A stretch of 50,181 bases of DNA from a virus (lineage: Duplodnaviria > Caudoviricetes), in IMG/VR virus record IMGVR_UViG_3300044980_000168, positions 1 to 50,181 of that record; one strand, written 5' to 3'. Each line of letters begins with the position of its first letter. The stretch's first letter is position 1. This document shows positions 45,056 through 50,181 of this stretch, in pieces. The notes under the pieces were generated by a model, which was not told where the DNA came from, searched no databases, and saw only the letters and a list, made by a program, of their open reading frames with translations. The translations under genes were made by a program, and so were the position numbers.

Positions 45056-45585
45056 TCGGCGCCCGCCACGTGCCGCTCCGGCCGGAGGCGCCGGCCGGCG
45101 CACGCTTCGAGGTGTGGGAGAGCCGTGACACCACGGCCATCAAGCCCACGCTCGAGGCCGTGTACCGCACTGCGGACGACGCGATGGCGGCCTGCCGGGA
45201 CCTCTTCCGCACATGGGGGTCCCGGTGGGTCGCGATCGATACATGGCAAGGTGACCGCGTGGCGCAGCAGTTCTACAGCGCTTCGGAATGCGCATCACCG
45301 GGCGCGCACGCTCGCCCCATGGGAGCGATTGTGACTGCTCCCCCGACCACGCAACGCGCACCATGGGTGAGTGCCGTTGTCGATCACTCTCCAGGGGCCC
45401 TACCACTACGACACCGCGCTCTCCTTCGGGGGCGGTTTCTGGTCCCGGGTGACGTTGTGAGACGACGGCACATGACCCCCACCGACTGGTACCTAGCCGC
45501 TCTCCGCGCGTACGCCACTTGCCCGTGCGCGACGACGGAGGCTCTTGTGCGCATCACGTGGCAAGCACTGTCCGTCACTTCGTGA
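45052..45585 (+). CDS. Hypothetical protein (may be two fused or frameshifted genes)
   Basis: ATGA-coupled; ends just before the terminator. Confidence 0.45.
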   Translation: MIGARHVPLRPEAPAGARFEVWESRDTTAIKPTLEAVYRTADDAMAACRDLFRTWGSRWVAIDTWQGDRVAQQFYSASECASPGAHARPMGAIVTAPPTTQRAPWVSAVVDHSPGALPLRHRALLRGRFLVPGDVVRRRHMTPTDWYLAALRAYATCPCATTEALVRITWQALSVTS

Positions 45586-45606
45586 CCAAGCGCACACTCC
45601 CAGGCA

Positions 45607-45645
45607 AACCCCGCCCGCCCGAAAGGGTGCGCGGGGTTTTTCTTT
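45607..45645 (+). terminator. Rho-independent terminator ending the early unit
   Basis: AAACCCCGC-CCGCCC-GAAA-GGGTGC-GCGGGGTTTTTTCTTT. Confidence 0.85.
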
Positions 45646-45696
45646 GCGTGCCTGGTAAGCGTCACTCCGCCATGAGGCACGATCCCTGGTGTGAAA

Positions 45697-45765
45697 CTCG
45701 CGCCGGGCCAGGCCTGCCCATGCCTCGCGCCGGGCCAGACCTGCCCATGTCTCGCGCCGGGCCAG
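45697..45765. repeat. 27-bp tandem direct repeat x2.6 (core CTCGCGCCGGGCCAG)
   Basis: Core starts at 45697, 45724 and 45751. Confidence 0.9.
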
Positions 45766-45959
45766 CCCACTACAAGTGAACACAAGATGAACTCAAGTAT
45801 ATCGTAGTGTATGGTCATCCTCACTCCCGCGCTTTTTCCGGCCCCCACCCCCTCAAAAACTCACGAAATCCGCTCCCCGCTGGGTAAGGCCGGAGACAAA
45901 GGAGGGTCCCCTCCGGCGTTCGCGCCGCCTCTCGCCCCTCCGCCGCCGCGCTAGACGCC

Positions 45960-46379
45960 CTAGCGGGCCGGCCTCGCCGGCCGACCATCCTCGGTCAGGA
46001 ACCGGTCGCATGTGGCGCAGCGCACGCCCTTGTCGAGCCGGAGCTCCCTTGGCATGCAGTCGCAGACGAACCTCAAGCCGGTCGGTCCTGGGGGCATCCT
46101 GGGGGCAGGGATGACCAAAGGCGGGGCGGGTGGGGGTAAGCATGCTTTTTGTGGTGGGCCCATGTGGGCAGTCTCAAGGTCTCGCTTGAGCTGCAGGAAG
46201 GCCGTGTACACCAGGAGATCCCCGAGCTCCTCGGCTCGCTCCTTCCGCCAGTCGCGAGGATCTTTGGCCAGGTCCAGCCGGCCGTAAGCCTTCTGACCCG
46301 CCAGTAGCCGCTGGGCGAGGAAGGTCAGGGCGCGAATGGCGTCGGGTTCAAGCTGGGCAAGGATGTCAGAAAGACTCAT
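45960..46379 (-). CDS. All-alpha NTP pyrophosphohydrolase (MazG-like) with C-terminal zinc ribbon
   Basis: RL.AGQKAYG.L.....DWRKERAEELGDLLVY; CDC...CATC. Confidence 0.6.
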   Translation of the reverse strand: MSLSDILAQLEPDAIRALTFLAQRLLAGQKAYGRLDLAKDPRDWRKERAEELGDLLVYTAFLQLKRDLETAHMGPPQKACLPPPAPPLVIPAPRMPPGPTGLRFVCDCMPRELRLDKGVRCATCDRFLTEDGRPARPAR

Positions 46380-46592
46380 GAGGGGAAACCCTCGCGCCAA
46401 TCTTCCAATCGCGGATATTCCGAGCAGTCTCGAACGTGCGCGCCGATTCCGCCACAGCAGGATTGAACGCCGAAACGATAAAACCCGCGCTTGAGCCATC
46501 GGGGTCAGCGAAACAGAAATCTTTCCATCCTCCATCTCGGTTCTCCTTGATCCTTTTCTCATGTGTTCCTCAGGCAGCTTCCGAAGTGCTGC

Positions 46593-46834
46593 GTGGTCCC
46601 CCAGGCTCTTCTAGCCTTGGGGGGACCACTACGCGTAGCAACTTGTGAAACGGGACGGTCCCGTGGTCCCGCGTGGTCCCTCTCTTTTAGACACGCAACT
46701 TGCTAACAATATCATGCACATACAGACCATGGTGGTTTCCGTGGTCCCGTGTGGTCCCTGCGTCATAAAAAGTGAAAACATGTCGGGACCACGCGGGACC
46801 ACATGCTTGTTTTCTCGCATATCTTCGGGACCAC
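46593..46834. promoter_or_regulatory. Putative replication origin: nine GTGGTCCC octamers in both orientations around AT-richer spacers
   Basis: Forward copies at 46593, 46663, 46673, 46741, 46751; reverse at 46622, 46785, 46795, 46827; non-coding, just downstream of the primase-helicase gene. Confidence 0.75.
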
Positions 46835-46874
46835 GGAAATCTCCATGCTCTATAAAAATGCGAAATCATTGAGG

Positions 46875-48962
46875 TTACGCCTCTAAATGACGCGATGCGC
46901 CATTGGTTTCAAGCACCAGTTTTCGGTCGTCCACGAGGTATCCGTTTGTCTTGTCGCGATAGATAATCCCGCTGGCTTCTAACGCGCTGATATCATAGGC
47001 ATTTACAGTCGCAAGCTCCTGCAAACTACGTTTTGTGGAAATGCGCAGCCCTTTCATGCCCCGGATGGCGTTGATGATGCGCAACTCTCGGCTCATGGGA
47101 TCGTCCAGCTCAAGCTTACGGTTTCGCTCCACGATGCGTCCGTCCCTCTCGAGTTCTTTGATGAGCTTTCTGGCAACCTCTGACTTGCCACCAAGCTTCT
47201 TGCAGAGATCGCTCCGGAAGACAGGCCCGCCTTCCCGAAGAATGTGCAACACCCGGGTTTGCTGCCATCCGTCTGGCGGTCCGGATCCTGAGGGAAGCAT
47301 GCTTTCCACCAAGCTCAGCCCGTCTTCATCCGTGAGAACGACACGGAAGGGCTGAGGTGTGACACCCTGGCGGAACTTTGTGCGAAGGGGTCCGGTCAGA
47401 TGGCCGATGGTGGTGCTTATCGAACCGTTCTCACTATCCAAGGTATCGTCCGCCTCGCAGAAATAAATGATGTCGCATGCCGCTCGAATACCGGAAAAGC
47501 CACGCAAATCGCCAGCTTTGCTGAGGTGGTGGATGAAAAGAACGCTGCTCCCTGTCTTACGCGTGAAGATGTTCTTCGCGAGACGAAGTGGTAGCTCCAT
47601 GTCTTTGGTGTTCTCGTCCACACCCGGCGTACCTGCGCTAAGCCCATCGCAGACTACGAAAGCAGGAGGCGGATCTTCTGCAGCCAGGGCTTCCCAGAAA
47701 GCCGGCTCATGGAGCGCCATATCTGGCGATTCGTACATGAAATCCGGCGCATCCCCTGCATGGAGCTTCCCGAGCCGACGCACCATTTCATCTTCGTTGG
47801 CTTCATAGTCGACGAAGAGAGTGAGACCCTTTCGGGTAGTGAACTTCCCAAGCCAGGGCTTTCCCTCCGAGATAGCCAACGCAAGAGATGTGGTGATCCA
47901 GGTCTTACCTGCGCCGGGCTGTGCGGCCAAGATGCCCACGCTACCCATCGGGATGAGATCTTCCACGAGGTAAGGGACAGGCTGGCGAATCTCGGACCAG
48001 CCCCCTCTTTTTCGTCCGCTTGCACGGTCGGATGGGGTTGTCTTGTGGGTAGGTGCACCCAAAGCACATGGCGTGCCCAAAGCGCAGATGCGTTCCATGA
48101 GACCCTCGGGTGGAAGACCCCTCGGTTCATCGAACACACCATCCGCATCGAATAGCTTGTGTTCAATCTCTTCGGGAGACCAAGAGGGTGAACAGCGAGG
48201 GTTGTACGTCTCGGCGATGATCTCCGCGAGCTTGGGGATCGGAAGAGAGCTCCGCATGAGCTGACATGCGACGTGGAAGAGCCGGGATGACCCGTTCAGC
48301 CCTTCGACAGAAGGCTCGGCCGTCTCACAGAGCGCGTGGGCCCAGGAGACGGCGCGGTTCCATCCTGACGCATCTGCCTCACCGGCTAGGGTCCGATGCT
48401 TGATGGTCGAAGCTTCCCGGGGCTTCTTCGAAACGGCTAGTATCTTCTCGAGCAGCCATGAGGGCATCGGCGCGATGGGCGCGCTCTCATCCTCGCAAAC
48501 GTAGGTCCCGCCATTCTTATGAGGCGAGCCCGGCGCGACGACGAAGCCTCCTTCGCTGCGGATGTCTATTCCGGGGGCGACGAGACCTGAGCTGTTCGAG
48601 ATGATGATGTCCTTCGGCACCTCGAAATAGAGATGCACACCGCCCGTGGGGGTGGAGACGGTGAGGGTGTCAGGGATTTTTTGGGCGTCGGGAATGTCTT
48701 CTCCTAACGGTAGGAGCGCCAGCAGCTCCGATACGCCATCCTTTCCCTTCTCCGGCCGCACATCCAGATCGACCACGACCAAACCGTTTCCCGTCTTCAC
48801 ACCGTTCCCATCCGGACCGATTTCGCTTTCGGCGTGACGCCAGCCCTTCTTTGCAGGGTGCTTGCCGATGGCGGAGCAGTTGGGTCGAGTACACGCGCAT
48901 CTCGGTGGCGCAGAAGATGTGTCGATCGCGAACAGAGGGAAGTAACTCAACACCAACGCCAT
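46875..48962 (-). CDS. Bifunctional DNA primase/polymerase fused to RecA-like AAA_25 helicase
   Basis: CAC...C.AIGKHP, VVVDLDV, TPTGGVHLYF, GIDIRSEGGFVVAPGS; Walker A AQPGAGKT, FVDYE, VCDGL, LFIHH. Confidence 0.92.
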   Translation of the reverse strand: MALVLSYFPLFAIDTSSAPPRCACTRPNCSAIGKHPAKKGWRHAESEIGPDGNGVKTGNGLVVVDLDVRPEKGKDGVSELLALLPLGEDIPDAQKIPDTLTVSTPTGGVHLYFEVPKDIIISNSSGLVAPGIDIRSEGGFVVAPGSPHKNGGTYVCEDESAPIAPMPSWLLEKILAVSKKPREASTIKHRTLAGEADASGWNRAVSWAHALCETAEPSVEGLNGSSRLFHVACQLMRSSLPIPKLAEIIAETYNPRCSPSWSPEEIEHKLFDADGVFDEPRGLPPEGLMERICALGTPCALGAPTHKTTPSDRASGRKRGGWSEIRQPVPYLVEDLIPMGSVGILAAQPGAGKTWITTSLALAISEGKPWLGKFTTRKGLTLFVDYEANEDEMVRRLGKLHAGDAPDFMYESPDMALHEPAFWEALAAEDPPPAFVVCDGLSAGTPGVDENTKDMELPLRLAKNIFTRKTGSSVLFIHHLSKAGDLRGFSGIRAACDIIYFCEADDTLDSENGSISTTIGHLTGPLRTKFRQGVTPQPFRVVLTDEDGLSLVESMLPSGSGPPDGWQQTRVLHILREGGPVFRSDLCKKLGGKSEVARKLIKELERDGRIVERNRKLELDDPMSRELRIINAIRGMKGLRISTKRSLQELATVNAYDISALEASGIIYRDKTNGYLVDDRKLVLETNGASRHLEA

Positions 48963-49116
48963 GCATAATCTCCAGCAACTTCCCTAGGTTGTGAGGACGC
49001 CTTGCTTCCTGTAGGCGCGGCGGGTAAAAACCCGAACCTCGCAAGCTACTCCTCCTCGGGGTGTGGAGGTCAAAATAATTCTTTGTCTTTTGTGTAGACG
49101 AGCGTATACCCGCAGG

Positions 49117-49440
49117 ATGGTGAACGCAGCAATCCTCAGAGCAGGTTTCGACTCGTCGTGGTCGCGGTCGTGGTCGCGGTCGTGGTCGCGGTCGGGGTCG
49201 GGGTCGTGGTCGGGGTCGCGGTCGGGGTCGCGGTCGGGGTCGCGGTCGGGGTCGGGGTCGGGGTCGGGGTCGCGGTCGTGGTCGGGGTCGCGGTCGGGGT
49301 CGCGGTCGCGGTCGTGGTCGCGGTCGTGGTCGCGGTCGGGGTCGGGGTCGTGGTCGGGGTCGCGGTCGGGGTCGCGGTCGGGGTCGGGGTCATGGTCGGG
49401 GTCGCGGTCGGAGTCGTGGTCGCGGTCGTGGTCGTCATGA
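49117..49440 (+). CDS. Low-complexity Ser-Arg/Ser-Gly/Ser-Trp repeat protein, copy 1
   Basis: [12 protein letters not shown] leader then (S-R/G/W)n; stop overlaps the next ATG. Confidence 0.6.
   Translation: MVNAAILRAGFDSSWSRSWSRSWSRSGSGSWSGSRSGSRSGSRSGSGSGSGSRSWSGSRSGSRSRSWSRSWSRSGSGSWSGSRSGSRSGSGSWSGSRSESWSRSWSS
49153..49436. repeat. Hexamer tandem repeat TCG(C/G/T)GG, about 47 units
   Basis: Read directly from the sequence. Confidence 0.95.
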
Positions 49441-49577
49441 AAAAGAAATTCGTGCGAAACAAATGGTTCAATCTTCGTGTCAGCCCGAGCGAACTAGTAA
49501 TCATGCGACTCATCGCAAAACGTAGGAATGAGACAGTTTCTGAAATCATCCGTAAAGCCTTCGGGCTAGAAAGTTAG
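49437..49577 (+). CDS. Ribbon-helix-helix (CopG/MobC-like) DNA-binding protein
   Basis: [41 protein letters not shown]; ATGA coupling. Confidence 0.75.
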   Translation: MKKKFVRNKWFNLRVSPSELVIMRLIAKRRNETVSEIIRKAFGLES

Positions 49578-49583
49578 GACTAC

Positions 49584-49934
49584 ATGGGAATCAAAGTTGA
49601 AGACCTCACGATCAAGGAAGTTCGAGAAATCGCCGCCGCTGCGGGTTGTTGCGCACCGAAGGCGGAGAGAGTTCCATTGCCGTTTAAGGTGGGGGATGTG
49701 ATTCTCATTCGCACTGTGACCATGATCGACCTCGGACGAGTCATCGCGATCGGACGCGACTTCATCGTGCTTGAAGATGGCGGATGGGTGGCAGATACAG
49801 CGCGCTTCTCGACGATGCTCGAGATCGGCTCAATCAACGAATTCGAGCGCGTCGAGGGCTGGTTTATGGTCGGTCGTGGCGCCATCTGCGACGTGTTTCC
49901 CTGGAAGCATACACTTCCGAAGGTAACTAAGTAG
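49584..49934 (+). CDS. Conserved-looking small beta-barrel phage protein (Sm/SH3-like fold inferred)
   Basis: AGGA RBS; PFKVGDVILIRTVTMIDLGRV...FIVLEDGGWVADTARF...VGRGAICD. Confidence 0.75.
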   Translation: MGIKVEDLTIKEVREIAAAAGCCAPKAERVPLPFKVGDVILIRTVTMIDLGRVIAIGRDFIVLEDGGWVADTARFSTMLEIGSINEFERVEGWFMVGRGAICDVFPWKHTLPKVTK

Positions 49935-49940
49935 GCTTCG

Positions 49941-50181
49941 GTGAACGCAGCAATCCTCAGAGCAGGTTTCGACTTGTCGCGGTCGGGGTCGGGGTCGCGG
50001 TCGGGGTCATGGTCGGGGTCGCGGTCGTGGTCGTGGTCGTGGTCGCGGTCGGGGTCGGGGTCGTGGTCGGGGTCGCGGTCGGGGTCGCGGTCGCGGTCGG
50101 GGTCATGGTCGGGGTCGGGGTCGTGGTCGTGGTCGGGGTCGCGGTCGGGGTCGCGGTCGTGGTCGGGGTCGCGGTCGGGGT
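49941..50181 (+). CDS. Ser-X repeat protein, copy 2 (truncated by window end)
   Basis: Same leader GTGAACGCAGCAATCCTCAGAGCAGGTTTCGAC followed by TCGNGG repeats. Confidence 0.55.
   Translation, partial: MNAAILRAGFDLSRSGSGSRSGSWSGSRSWSWSWSRSGSGSWSGSRSGSRSRSGSWSGSGSWSWSGSRSGSRSWSGSRSG

Noticed and set aside
45697-45765. Possible mini-CRISPR
   Set aside because: The 12-bp spacers are nearly identical, so this is a simple tandem repeat.
49136-49577. Thr/Pro/Ala-repeat (- strand) and Val-rich (+ strand) ORFs
   Set aside because: Shadow frames of the hexamer repeat. The Ser-X frame has the duplicated leader and coupled stop, and the RHH gene has its own ATG at 49437.

Overview
The window is most of a high-GC tailed-phage (or prophage) genome with a short-tail (podovirus-type) virion module. 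The host is probably a myxobacterium (Myxococcota/Polyangia), inferred only from DAG-repeat Cys-rich lipoproteins. Layout: + strand replication and accessory genes (PolA, RuvC-like resolvase, small ORFs; 172-7012). Then one long - strand late unit running from a putative small terminase (42573) through a ~7 kb cargo zone, large terminase, portal, scaffold, capsid, tail, ejection, fibre and lysis genes (to 7009). Then a + strand early unit (DUF932 etc.), a - strand primase-polymerase/helicase with an iteron-rich putative origin, and a terminal Ser-X repeat module. Best signal: a Ro60/TROVE gene followed directly by an unannotated ~510-nt array of four Y-RNA-like ncRNAs (three with circularly permuted tRNA modules, one minimal) plus a non-canonical initiator-like tRNA(CAU). 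Other leads are a ubiquitin-like domain lacking its C-terminal Gly (possible anti-defence decoy), a duplicated SR/SG/SW-repeat ORF flanking RHH and small beta-barrel genes, and an antisense lipoprotein inside the tail operon. All family calls come from motifs read by eye; no searches were run.
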